A stretch of 36,347 nt of DNA, from positions 1 through 36,347 of IMG/VR virus record IMGVR_UViG_3300030372_003961; one strand, 5' to 3'. The notes beneath the pieces were generated by a model. The model did not search any database. It saw only the letters and a list, made by a program, of their open reading frames with translations, and had not been told where the DNA came from. This stretch comes from a virus. Its lineage: Duplodnaviria > Caudoviricetes. The position numbers and the translations under genes were made by a program. Positions 18,810-26,921 of the stretch are shown here, piece by piece. Within the stretch, counting starts at the first letter, position 1. The number at the start of each line of letters is the position of its first letter.

Positions 18810-20870
18810 ATGTCTTACGAAACACGACAAAAGAAAAAAAGTGAATTTACTGCCGATAATGACGTTACTAGCTCATCTGCATTTGACTTTGTAAAAAACG
18901 GCATAAACAAAAAGACCACATGGGGGAATATGTTAGCTCTTTTTGAGCAACGTTTTGGCCTTTCGATGTCGGTATATGAAGCCGAAAGCGCGATGATTGC
19001 TGATACTGGTCTAGAGCTAGGGAATTACGCTATCGTCGAGGAAAACTATTATGCTGTATATAAGGTTACAAACATTGCGGCAGGTCCGGGCGACGTAACA
19101 CTGAGTAACGGCCTCACAGCAAGCCAAGAGGGCAAATGTTCCAATAATAATTTTGACTCTTATTCGGACGTTAGGGGTTTAAAATCTTCCGCCTTCAAAG
19201 ACGGTGACGTGATCACTGTAACAGACGACGGAATAGCAGGTGATTTCGTAGTAAAAACCGGAACAGTCACAGACAACGGCGGCACCCTAATAGTATTTAC
19301 TGATGATAGTAATAGGTATGCAGAGAGGAGCAATGGGTCTAAAGGTGTAGACTGTCAGCAGTTTGGGGCTGCTGGTGATGGCGTAGCTGATGATACGTCA
19401 GCTATCCTTAGCGCTGCTAATGCCTCTAGCTATATAGAATTTCCTCCGGGGGCCTATCTAGTTGATCAGTTTCCAAACATAGGTAGCAAGGATTATGTAG
19501 GTATTGGCACCGTTGCTGTAAATATAGCCAGTGACAGTACAGGGCTATCGGGTGAGATATGTAAGATCATGTCTAACTGTAGGTATGAATATATAAATTT
19601 CACCTCCAATATTGTTAGCCTGAACTCCCAAAGAGGGGCTATTGACGATTCTGCTGATATCGTTCTTCAGTCGTGCTCGTTTAATGATTTTACACATGTA
19701 GATCCGCTGCCTAATGCTTGGGGTATTCTAATTCAGCGATCTTCCCGCATAACGATTAGAGAATGCTCTTTTGCTGGAAATTCTCAGTCTGATATCGCAC
19801 TGACAGATAACTGTGAAAATATAAATATATTCAACCCTAAAAACACAGCAGAGGACGGCGTTTATCTAAACGTGGAGCCTAATTCCGGGGTGGGTGTTCG
19901 CGGTATGAATGTTGTTGGTGGTCATTATCGACAGGTGGATTTGCTAGAAAATGACAACACCCTGTATCAAAGCCAGCATTTGGTTTTTAGTGGATGTTTG
20001 ATTGATGTCCTTAGATATGACGGATCTGGCGTTTTGTTTAATAACTGTAGAATAGGCTCTATTGCACCTGAGCCCGCGAGCCTAACAAATCTACATGCAG
20101 GCTCGCTAATGATAGATAACTGCACGCTAGGTGAAAACCTGCTAACTGATCCGCACTTTTTTGATGTGTCCCCATCCGATCCTGTGTGTTTTTGGACGTC
20201 CACCCATACCGGGGCTACACCAGCGCAAATCAGAGTGGATGACCCTGTTAGTAGAAAATTCATGCGCATAAACCCAAGCAATGAGTCTCAGGGCGTTATT
20301 ATTTCAACCAGGAATAACATAACCGTTACTCCGGGTGAGCAGTTGATGCTTTTTATGCGGGGAAGAATGAATAATACTGGCACCGGGACTAATCAGGTGG
20401 AGAATGTGGTCGTCCAGTGGTTTGATTCCGGTTCCGCGCTTATACAAAATACTATTATAAAAACGAATAAAACGCCCGTTAATGTACAGGGAGATTGGAC
20501 TAATGATATTTCATTGATAGAGGCTCCCGCGCTTGCTGTTTCTGCAAGAATTAGGTTTACTAATTCTTTTTCATCTACTTATGTGGGAAATCTAGATATA
20601 GCTACCGTGGGACTTTTTAGGTTCACACTAAACACTACGGGTGGCAACATGCCTGAGGTTATACGTAGCATGTCCTCATTCGTAACGAAAAAAGACTATA
20701 TTCGCTCAACTGTTTTTCTTGGAACTAATCAGAATTATGGAGGTATGTTTGTGGGCGAAAGGATTATACGAGAAGTCCCAGCTATAGGGTCACCTAAGGC
20801 GTGGTCCTGCACTGCACTGCCTGCATCTCAAGGATTTTCAGGGACGACTGTGAGTGAGGGAAACTTATAA
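18810..20870 (+). CDS. Tailspike with right-handed beta-helix (pectate-lyase-3-like) and CBM-like domain
   Basis: QFGAAGDGVADDTSAI motif, FPPGAYL, beta-helix repeats; GENLLTDPHF starts a CBM4/9-like domain; likely ATG 18810. Confidence 0.8.
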   Translation: MSYETRQKKKSEFTADNDVTSSSAFDFVKNGINKKTTWGNMLALFEQRFGLSMSVYEAESAMIADTGLELGNYAIVEENYYAVYKVTNIAAGPGDVTLSNGLTASQEGKCSNNNFDSYSDVRGLKSSAFKDGDVITVTDDGIAGDFVVKTGTVTDNGGTLIVFTDDSNRYAERSNGSKGVDCQQFGAAGDGVADDTSAILSAANASSYIEFPPGAYLVDQFPNIGSKDYVGIGTVAVNIASDSTGLSGEICKIMSNCRYEYINFTSNIVSLNSQRGAIDDSADIVLQSCSFNDFTHVDPLPNAWGILIQRSSRITIRECSFAGNSQSDIALTDNCENINIFNPKNTAEDGVYLNVEPNSGVGVRGMNVVGGHYRQVDLLENDNTLYQSQHLVFSGCLIDVLRYDGSGVLFNNCRIGSIAPEPASLTNLHAGSLMIDNCTLGENLLTDPHFFDVSPSDPVCFWTSTHTGATPAQIRVDDPVSRKFMRINPSNESQGVIISTRNNITVTPGEQLMLFMRGRMNNTGTGTNQVENVVVQWFDSGSALIQNTIIKTNKTPVNVQGDWTNDISLIEAPALAVSARIRFTNSFSSTYVGNLDIATVGLFRFTLNTTGGNMPEVIRSMSSFVTKKDYIRSTVFLGTNQNYGGMFVGERIIREVPAIGSPKAWSCTALPASQGFSGTTVSEGNL

Positions 20871-20895
20871 TATTACAGCTTCTTAATACAAATAT

Positions 20896-20930
20896 AGGGA
20901 TGATCTTTAATCATAATATCGATCATCCTT
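20896..20930. terminator. Hairpin at the convergence of late and early arms
   Basis: AGGGATGATC...GATCATCCTT inverted repeat with 15-nt loop; no strong U-tract. Confidence 0.4.
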
Positions 20931-20998
20931 GAAGCTTGCTCTGGCCACTTCGAAACCGTTACACCAAATCGCCCCATATCTCATTTGTTTCATTAGGT

Positions 20999-21355
20999 TC
21001 ATGTGGTCATACTGGTTTTGTTTTGTCGTGTTTGCCGTATATCAAACATCAAATATTCATCCCCTTTGTCGACAATCACCTTTTTGATATTCGCCTCATA
21101 GATTTGATTGTCGTTAAAGTGGTATTTTTTTTGTAGTATATCGATAAGCGGTTTTATAGGGTTGTCAAAATCGCTAGCGGAAGAAGAGAAGCCGAACTCG
21201 ATATCAATCTTTAGTGGTCCTTCTAAATTTCCAATTTGTTTTTTGTTCGGTAAAAGATAAAGTAGTTCCTTTTCATATGCCTTATATTTATCGGTTTTGT
21301 ACCGCCTTCCTTTCCACGCCTTGTTAATACTAAGAGGTTTTATGTTTATTTTCAT
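20999..21355 (-). CDS. rusA: RusA-like Holliday junction resolvase
   Basis: KPLSINKAW, DFDNPIKPLIDIL, NDNQIY motifs. Confidence 0.85.
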   Translation of the reverse strand: MKINIKPLSINKAWKGRRYKTDKYKAYEKELLYLLPNKKQIGNLEGPLKIDIEFGFSSSASDFDNPIKPLIDILQKKYHFNDNQIYEANIKKVIVDKGDEYLMFDIRQTRQNKTSMTT

Positions 21356-21738
21356 TACCTCCCCCAATCCATAATAGCGTCGTAAACGTCTTGTGGCGGT
21401 AGATCTACGTCGTCACACAAACCGCTTAGCTTGAGGCTTTTAAGGTTCTCTACGTGCGCGCCCCATAAATCGCAAAGCCTTTTACCGGTCATATCTATAA
21501 ACCGAGCCGTTGATCCGTTTGGTGTGGACTTAAACTTGTCGCACGAATAGCACAAAGGCAATAAATACCAGTGCCCAGCATGAACCTTGTTATGCTTAAA
21601 TGTAGCTCCTAGCGCGTGATCAACAATGCTAGGCCCTGGTTGCCCACACACAATACAGTCACACTCTTTTGTATACTTTGCAAAACGCCGCTCTTTAGTG
21701 TTAGCGTGATTAGTTGTTTTACTTCTTGGTCTTTGCAT
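21355..21738 (-). CDS. Zn-binding Ref/DUF968-like nuclease
   Basis: CIVCG...DH...H..LLPLCYSC motif. Confidence 0.65.
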   Translation of the reverse strand: MQRPRSKTTNHANTKERRFAKYTKECDCIVCGQPGPSIVDHALGATFKHNKVHAGHWYLLPLCYSCDKFKSTPNGSTARFIDMTGKRLCDLWGAHVENLKSLKLSGLCDDVDLPPQDVYDAIMDWGR

Positions 21739-21740
21739 AT

Positions 21741-21980
21741 CTAACCCCCGTACCCAGAGCAAACAAGCAGATCAACAACTATTTCACCCTCTTTAGTTAA
21801 TCTTGTCCCGCTTCTTTGTATTTTTATAAGCCCTTTGTTTCTTAGGGCTTCATAGGTTACATAAATGTGCTTGTCATCGTCTTTTATTTCAGCGAGATAC
21901 ATAAGCGCTTTAATTTGCCTATTGGTTAGAGACAGCCTAAAGGCTGATTCTCTGACATAACTTTTAAATGCTTTATTCAT
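21741..21980 (-). CDS. Small winged-helix protein
   Basis: LTNRQIKAL...ALRNKGLI...RLTKEG pattern. Confidence 0.6.
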   Translation of the reverse strand: MNKAFKSYVRESAFRLSLTNRQIKALMYLAEIKDDDKHIYVTYEALRNKGLIKIQRSGTRLTKEGEIVVDLLVCSGYGG

Positions 21981-22138
21981 ACTGGTATCACCTTCCAGTT
22001 GTAGAAAATGCCCTTCATGCCTTTAAACGCTTTTTTTACCGCGCCTGCTTCATTTTCGGCGTCTATAACAATTTCTAATAAACTGTCTCCGTATTTTCCC
22101 TTCACCCAAAACTTAACTATGTAGATAACGCTACGCAT
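21977..22138 (-). CDS. Hypothetical protein (53 aa)
   Basis: MRSVIYIVKFWVKG...IDAENEAGAVKKA; overlaps both neighbours. Confidence 0.55.
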   Translation of the reverse strand: MRSVIYIVKFWVKGKYGDSLLEIVIDAENEAGAVKKAFKGMKGIFYNWKVIPV

Positions 22139-22316
22139 AAGCCATACCTCTAAATTTATTTAGAGCGTGCAAAGGGCTTACGCCATGCTGCTCAATAGAA
22201 TAAAAGCTGCTTTTAGCGCACCAAACCTCAAAATCTTTGCCTTGATATTTACAAAGCAAATAAATATGTGGTTTTGCGTTACCTATGTATTTTTTATGTT
22301 TTTTGGATCTTTTCAT
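22131..22316 (-). CDS. Hypothetical protein
   Basis: 61-aa ORF in tight minus-strand run, AGGTGA RBS. Confidence 0.5.
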   Translation of the reverse strand: MKRSKKHKKYIGNAKPHIYLLCKYQGKDFEVWCAKSSFYSIEQHGVSPLHALNKFRGMAYA

Positions 22317-22319
22317 ATT

Positions 22320-22619
22320 TCACCTGTTGTTTGGCCACTCGGGCAATTGGATACCGTATTCAGTGGCAATATGGCCGCTTATCGCCAAATAAACCTCTGA
22401 TGGGTCAACGCTATTCTGTTGTTCTGTTGAGGTTTTCCCCAAAACCCCGCTTAAATATTCTTTATAGATTGAGTTTTTAAACCTAAGCATAGTCCAAGGA
22501 AGGACTTTATTAGGGTTTAAGGGGGTGTGATACCACATTTGGCTTTTATTCAAAGTATCTGCGCACTCTCGACACCAAACATGAAGCGCGCCACGCTGTT
22601 TGTCTGTATAGCTAGACAT
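22320..22619 (-). CDS. NinB-like recombination accessory protein (putative)
   Basis: TDKQRGALHVWC, KTSTEQ, C-terminal LPEWP resemble NinB/YbcN-like phage proteins. Confidence 0.5.
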   Translation of the reverse strand: MSSYTDKQRGALHVWCRECADTLNKSQMWYHTPLNPNKVLPWTMLRFKNSIYKEYLSGVLGKTSTEQQNSVDPSEVYLAISGHIATEYGIQLPEWPNNR

Positions 22620-22803
22620 TTTTAGCCATATAACGCCTTTTGCCGTTATCCATTAACTCATTATTAAACCTATGCATTGGTAAGTATGATTTTGTGTTGT
22701 TATGCCAATATACAACCATGTAACTAACACCTGAATCTATTTGAGTGTTTGTCATGCCAGTTTGCGGTTTATACTTATCCACTATTCGCCACATCTTTTT
22801 CAT
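22612..22803 (-). CDS. Hypothetical protein
   Basis: Likely ATG 22803 (MKKMWRIV...). Confidence 0.45.
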   Translation of the reverse strand: MKKMWRIVDKYKPQTGMTNTQIDSGVSYMVVYWHNNTKSYLPMHRFNNELMDNGKRRYMAKNV

Positions 22804-22927
22804 AATATTTTCCAAATTGTAATCAAAATCCACATTAAGAAAGACCCTATCGCATACCCCGCTATAAACAAGCATGATGGGGTATGCGCAGTATAAATCC
22901 TTATTAGCTCTATAATTATTTTATCTA

Positions 22928-23536
22928 TCAAAACGGAATGTCGTCGTCTAAAGCTTCTTCTTGCGGGATATGTGGTTGGACGGCTTGTGGCACAGGAAGA
23001 TTAATTTTTTCTTTTAGCCATTCAGGCAGCGAGTTAAACACATTATCATCATAGTTATCTGTGCTGAACGATCGTAGCGGGTTTGCCGTGGCGGGCGCTT
23101 TCATGCCTTTTGGTAACTGTGAAACACTTGATGCATTTGCATAAGTCTTTTGGCCGTCTTGGGTTGTAGTGTGGATCACGTTAAGCATACAGCCAGCACC
23201 TAGTATATTGAATAGATCAAAGCCGTTTAGCTCATCTTGAGTAAAAGCTTTCCCCCTCCATGTTACAAGGTCTTTATATAAGAATGAATTTTCATGAAGT
23301 GACATGGTGTAATTTTTGGAAATACTAAAAGGCTGTCCTGCTAGCTCGCCTTGAGTGATTAGCTCGTTAGGTAACTCCCAGCTAACACGAACCTTGCGCT
23401 TATATGATGTCTCACCCTGGTAATTGACCTCTTGAACGCCTAGATCAATAACACTAAAGCATACTGCCATGTGATTGCCTTGTGGGCAGATTTGGAAATC
23501 AAAATTATTACTTTCTTGTCTAACTGTTAAACTCAT
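22928..23536 (-). CDS. Phage ssDNA-binding-like protein
   Basis: VIDLGVQ...WEL...SKNYTMSL...WRG core; acidic C-terminal DDDIPF tail. Confidence 0.7.
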   Translation of the reverse strand: MSLTVRQESNNFDFQICPQGNHMAVCFSVIDLGVQEVNYQGETSYKRKVRVSWELPNELITQGELAGQPFSISKNYTMSLHENSFLYKDLVTWRGKAFTQDELNGFDLFNILGAGCMLNVIHTTTQDGQKTYANASSVSQLPKGMKAPATANPLRSFSTDNYDDNVFNSLPEWLKEKINLPVPQAVQPHIPQEEALDDDIPF

Positions 23537-23551
23537 TTTGTTTTACCTTTT

Positions 23552-24256
23552 TTAAATTGTTTTAAATGTTAACTTTTCGTAAATTTCTTTAGTCGTTTTA
23601 ACGTCATCCCGACAATATTCTGCAATCTTTGCAATGTTCCCCTTTTTATATTCCGGCCATACATCAGCGCCGGTCATGCCTTCCATTTTACCATGTATAC
23701 TAAATACTTTTGCCAAATTATCAAGACTAATTCTTCCATTAAACCCCGCCCATGATTCCATTGTGCAATAAAAATCAGTTCCGTTTCTTCCGTAAGGGTT
23801 AAATCCTGATGCTGGCTTAATGCCATTAATAACCGATCTTTTCCAAAGGAATGGCAGGTCAAACTTAGCATTGTGCGCAATAAAATAAGGTGGCCTTTTC
23901 AAAGATGAGACGACTTCCCAAAGCGCCACTAATATTTCTTTTTCATTACCAAGAAATGTTTTATATCCATTCACATGAATACAAATACAGCATACCTCAC
24001 CGTAAGACCCGTCAAATGATGTTTTAAGCCATTTCTGATAGGCTTGTTCTTTTGCCGCTTCCTGCCCTTTCTCATCAATCCAGCGCTGCTTTAAATCTTC
24101 CTTACCGATGAACTTATAATCTCCAGCGGACAACCCTATGCTTTCTCCTATTGCCGCCTTGGTATCGAAAGGGCACTTTACAGGATCACCCATAAATCTT
24201 TCTATAGCGCCCTCTGATTGGTCAGGAATAGTCTCTATATCGATAACTATTTCCAT
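23552..24256 (-). CDS. DEDDy 3'-5' exonuclease (PolB-exo-like)
   Basis: ExoI IDIETIP, ExoII AHNAKFDLPFL, ExoIII YCRDDV. Confidence 0.85.
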   Translation of the reverse strand: MEIVIDIETIPDQSEGAIERFMGDPVKCPFDTKAAIGESIGLSAGDYKFIGKEDLKQRWIDEKGQEAAKEQAYQKWLKTSFDGSYGEVCCICIHVNGYKTFLGNEKEILVALWEVVSSLKRPPYFIAHNAKFDLPFLWKRSVINGIKPASGFNPYGRNGTDFYCTMESWAGFNGRISLDNLAKVFSIHGKMEGMTGADVWPEYKKGNIAKIAEYCRDDVKTTKEIYEKLTFKTI

Positions 24257-24402
24257 GGTTCGCTATGCTCCGATTTTATTTGCTCTAGCTCATATTGGGC
24301 AGAATAACCCCTATCATAGCTTTCGCCTTGGCTTTGATGCTCAACGCCGTTGCTTGCATCATACATTCCTCTCATAAATTCTTTTTCGTCAAAATCTGTC
24401 AT
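24247..24402 (-). CDS. Hypothetical protein (51 aa)
   Basis: MTDFDEKEFMRGMYDA...YDRGY; ATGA overlap with upstream ORF. Confidence 0.55.
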   Translation of the reverse strand: MTDFDEKEFMRGMYDASNGVEHQSQGESYDRGYSAQYELEQIKSEHSEPWK

Positions 24403-24497
24403 TTTATCATTCCCACAATTAAAGCAATAGCAACCCACAAAAACAGACATATGATTGATGCAAATATGCCGTTTATTCGTTTTTCATTTAAATTCAT
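24399..24497 (-). CDS. Small single-TM protein (32 aa)
   Basis: MNLNEKRINGIFASIICLFLWVAIALIVGMIK. Confidence 0.5.
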   Translation of the reverse strand: MNLNEKRINGIFASIICLFLWVAIALIVGMIK

Positions 24498-24498
24498 A

Positions 24499-24720
24499 TT
24501 AAGACCAATACCCATACTCAGACCTAGACGCAGACCTATACCCATGCCCAGACCTAGACCAAGACCTAGACCCATACTCAGACCTAGACCAAGACCTAGA
24601 CCAAGACCAAGACCAAGACCTAGACCTAGACCCATGCCCATACCTAGACCAATACCCAGACCTAGACCTAGACCAAGACCGAGGATTATCAAAACCCGCT
24701 CTCATTATTCCCGCGTTCAT
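24499..24720 (-). CDS. Leader + Ser-Trp/Arg/Gly repeat peptide, copy 2 (73 aa)
   Basis: MNAGIMRAGFDN then SWSRSRSGYWSRYGHG...; ATGA overlap with copy 1. Confidence 0.7.
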   Translation of the reverse strand: MNAGIMRAGFDNPRSWSRSRSGYWSRYGHGSRSRSWSWSWSRSWSRSEYGSRSWSRSGHGYRSASRSEYGYWS

Positions 24721-24962
24721 AAGCTACTCCCAGACCTACACGCAGAACTATACCTAGACCAAGACCTAGACCCATACTCAGACCTAGACCAAGACCCAGA
24801 CCAAGACCAATACCCAGACCCAGACCTAGACCAAGACCAAGACCAAGACCGAGGATTAGACCCAGACCAAGACCAAGACTCACACCCAGACCCAGACCTA
24901 GACCCAGACCCAGACCAAGACGCTAAATTATCAAAACCCGCTCTCATTATTCCCGCGTTCAT
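24500..24962. repeat. Hexamer microsatellite (GACCNA)n in two blocks plus exact 36-nt direct repeat
   Basis: GACCAA/GACCTA/GACCCA units; ATTATCAAAACCCGCTCTCATTATTCCCGCGTTCAT at 24685-24720 and 24927-24962. Confidence 0.95.
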
Positions 24963-24965
24963 CAT
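24717..24965 (-). CDS. Leader + Ser-Trp/Arg/Gly repeat peptide, copy 1 (81-82 aa)
   Basis: (M)MNAGIMRAGFDN then LASWSGSGSRSG...; start overlaps the stop of 24962..25294. Confidence 0.7.
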   Translation of the reverse strand: MMNAGIMRAGFDNLASWSGSGSRSGSGCESWSWSGSNPRSWSWSWSRSGSGYWSWSGSWSRSEYGSRSWSRYSSACRSGSSL

Positions 24966-25294
24966 TTTTGTTCGGTTGGTAAAGGGTGGTCCCACGGTGC
25001 AAAATTTATCAATGACGCCATATTTACGGTGGTGCCATTTGGATATGGCTCTACCTCTGACAATGTGCCGTTTTTAAGGCAGTCATGATAACGGCCTGTA
25101 TCAGCTACCCAGCTTGCTGTTTTTAGCGTCACAAAATTACCGCAAACGCTTACAACCTCGCCAAGCTCAATATGCGTCACAGTTCTAAACAAATACGCCT
25201 TTCCTATCTCAACCGGACACTCACTGGATGCAGATGATTTAAGCTGATTTCCGTCTAATAGATCTAAAATATTTTTAATTTGTTCAATGTTCAT
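24962..25294 (-). CDS. DUF6948-like small beta-barrel (SH3/Sm-like) phage protein
   Basis: IGKAYLFRTVTH..GEV....VTL..ASWVADTGR.......G...EVEP pattern, recognised from memory. Confidence 0.6.
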   Translation of the reverse strand: MNIEQIKNILDLLDGNQLKSSASSECPVEIGKAYLFRTVTHIELGEVVSVCGNFVTLKTASWVADTGRYHDCLKNGTLSEVEPYPNGTTVNMASLINFAPWDHPLPTEQK

Positions 25295-25300
25295 AATTTT

Positions 25301-25519
25301 TTACCTTAGTTTTTTGTTTAAATATTTTAATGCGCCCTTAATGCATCCAGAGCAACAGCCGTTTGAAAACCTAATTAAATCCTTAATTATATTTGAAAAG
25401 TACTTACTTTTATTAATTAGAAATGTAAGTGCTTTTTCTTGATTCCCGTTAAATTTAACATTTGCCAATCTGCGTAAATCATTTAAAAAGTTTTTTATAT
25501 TCATCTTCGCCCAACTCAT
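25301..25519 (-). CDS. Hypothetical basic protein
   Basis: 72-aa AT-rich ORF (possible start 25504) with CCSGC near the C-terminus. Confidence 0.45.
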   Translation of the reverse strand: MSWAKMNIKNFLNDLRRLANVKFNGNQEKALTFLINKSKYFSNIIKDLIRFSNGCCSGCIKGALKYLNKKLR

Positions 25520-25595
25520 TTAGTACCTTGCGTTTAAATGCACTACCGAATATGTGCCAATATTGCTGTAAGAAATCTACAATCTCATTATTCAT
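25479..25595 (-). CDS. First gene of leftward operon (38 aa)
   Basis: AGGTGA RBS; MNNEIVDFLQQYWHIFGSAFKRKVLNELGEDEYKKLFK. Confidence 0.5.
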   Translation of the reverse strand: MNNEIVDFLQQYWHIFGSAFKRKVLNELGEDEYKKLFK

Positions 25596-25609
25596 TAAGT
25601 CTCACCTGT

Positions 25610-25665
25610 ATACATTTGTATGCCAATTATATTAGTTGACAGTACATACAAATGTCAACTATTAT
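25610..25665. promoter_or_regulatory. Overlapping divergent sigma70 promoters with operator-like inverted repeats
   Basis: Plus: TTGACA 25636-41, TATTAT 25660-65; minus: TTGACA 25658-53, TAATAA 25634-29; ACATTTGTATG 25612-22 / CATACAAATGT 25645-55. Confidence 0.75.
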
Positions 25666-25671
25666 TTGCGC

Positions 25672-25872
25672 ATGTTGACTATAGACGATTTTTGCAAAAC
25701 AAGAGGCTTATCCCGTTATAGACTGGGCAAGTTGGCAGGCGTAAAAAAAGGTGCTTTTGATAAAAGGGCTGAACGCGGCTGGCTGGCGTATCATACTGAC
25801 GGCGTTTTATATATACAATCGCCTGTAGAGGGCGGGAAGAAAGAGTCATACGAGATAACGCTAGAGGATTGA
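25672..25872 (+). CDS. Cro-like small HTH protein
   Basis: MLTIDDFCKTRGLSRYRLGKLAGVKKGAF...; first gene of the rightward promoter. Confidence 0.6.
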   Translation: MLTIDDFCKTRGLSRYRLGKLAGVKKGAFDKRAERGWLAYHTDGVLYIQSPVEGGKKESYEITLED

Positions 25873-25879
25873 TACTACT

Positions 25880-25943
25880 AGCGCGACGGTCAAGCCCCAT
25901 TTATGGCTGAGTGTTGGGATTGACGCCGGATAACGTAACCGGC
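25880..25943 (+). ncRNA. Candidate structured RNA between cro-like gene and lysis genes
   Basis: GTCAA..CCC / GGG.TTGAC stem directly followed by GCCGG-ATAACGTAA-CCGGC hairpin; GC-rich island in AT-rich intergenic DNA. Confidence 0.45.
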
Positions 25944-26004
25944 ATATACCAAAATGGTATGTAAAATTTATGCGATTATTAACATTTAGAACACACAGAA
26001 ACCT

Positions 26005-26412
26005 ATGATCGACATTTTAGAAAAAATTAAACAGGAAGAGGGCTTTGAGTCCGAAATGTACGACTGTCCCGCTGGTTATAAAACTATTGGTTACGGGATC
26101 AATCTTGAGACCACACCGATACCCGAGCCAATCGCCAAAGCGTGGACTAAGCATCTAATCAACGGCTTAAACTTGAATATGGCTGAACATGATTGGTATC
26201 GCAAACTGAGCCATGACCGTCGTATGATTATTTTAGATATGTGTTATCAGATGGGTGTGAGTGGCGTACTCCGATTTAAAAAAATGATTACAGCTATAGA
26301 GGGTGGAGATTACGAGGAGGCCGCCGACCAAATGATGGACAGTAAATGGGCGCGTCATGATTCACCCGCCAGAGCGTTGAGAAATGCAACTATTATGAGG
26401 GATGGCGAATGA
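26005..26412 (+). CDS. Endolysin, GH24 (T4-type) lysozyme
   Basis: EEG...YDCPAGYKTIGYG catalytic motif; DMCYQMG, FKKM, SKWA. Confidence 0.9.
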   Translation: MIDILEKIKQEEGFESEMYDCPAGYKTIGYGINLETTPIPEPIAKAWTKHLINGLNLNMAEHDWYRKLSHDRRMIILDMCYQMGVSGVLRFKKMITAIEGGDYEEAADQMMDSKWARHDSPARALRNATIMRDGE

Positions 26413-26921
26413 ACGATTGGAAAAAGATTATATCTAGTGTTGCGCCTACTTTGGCAACCGCTTTAGGTGGCCCATTGGCAGGGACAGCGACAAAATATTT
26501 AACATCCGCGCTGTTAGACGACAAAGATCAGGATTTGGAAGATGTCATTTTAAGCGCTAGCCCTGAAAAGCTCGCACAAATAAAAGAAATCGAAGCCAAA
26601 TTTAAAACCGATATGAAAAAACTTGATATTGATATCGAGTCTTTAGCAGTTAATGACCGTAAAAGTGCTAGACAATTAGCGGCTAAAAACATGGCACCCC
26701 AAATAACGCTGTCCTTCCTGTTTATATTTGGCTACTTTTTTATTATTTGGGTCTTGTTTTCTGGCGCTGTGACGATGCCGGAACAAATTGGTCATATGTT
26801 GTCTGCCATGCTTGGCGTATTAACGAGTGGCATACCTATGATATTAAGATTTTGGTTTGGCGGCTCTCTACACGATAAAGATCATATGGATAAAATTTAT
26901 AGGTCTACCCCTAAATCATGA
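26409..26921 (+). CDS. Putative holin (3TM/GTA-holin-like)
   Basis: APTLATALGGPLAG N-terminus, DRKSAR, two TM helices, FWFGGS; coupled to endolysin. Confidence 0.7.
   Translation: MNDWKKIISSVAPTLATALGGPLAGTATKYLTSALLDDKDQDLEDVILSASPEKLAQIKEIEAKFKTDMKKLDIDIESLAVNDRKSARQLAAKNMAPQITLSFLFIFGYFFIIWVLFSGAVTMPEQIGHMLSAMLGVLTSGIPMILRFWFGGSLHDKDHMDKIYRSTPKS

Noticed and set aside
2255-20281. Antisense and nested ORFs within structural genes (e.g. 2304..2567, 4817..5143, 7271..7672, 18352..18750)
   Set aside because: Shadow frames of well-supported genes with no motifs or RBS.
20905-20933. dif-like XerCD site (minus strand TTATGATTAAA)
   Set aside because: XerD arm needs an insertion and the XerC arm does not match.
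24685-24962. 36-nt exact direct repeat as a CRISPR array
   Set aside because: Only two copies 206 nt apart, the spacer is a microsatellite, the repeat equals 12 codons starting at ATG, and there are no cas genes.
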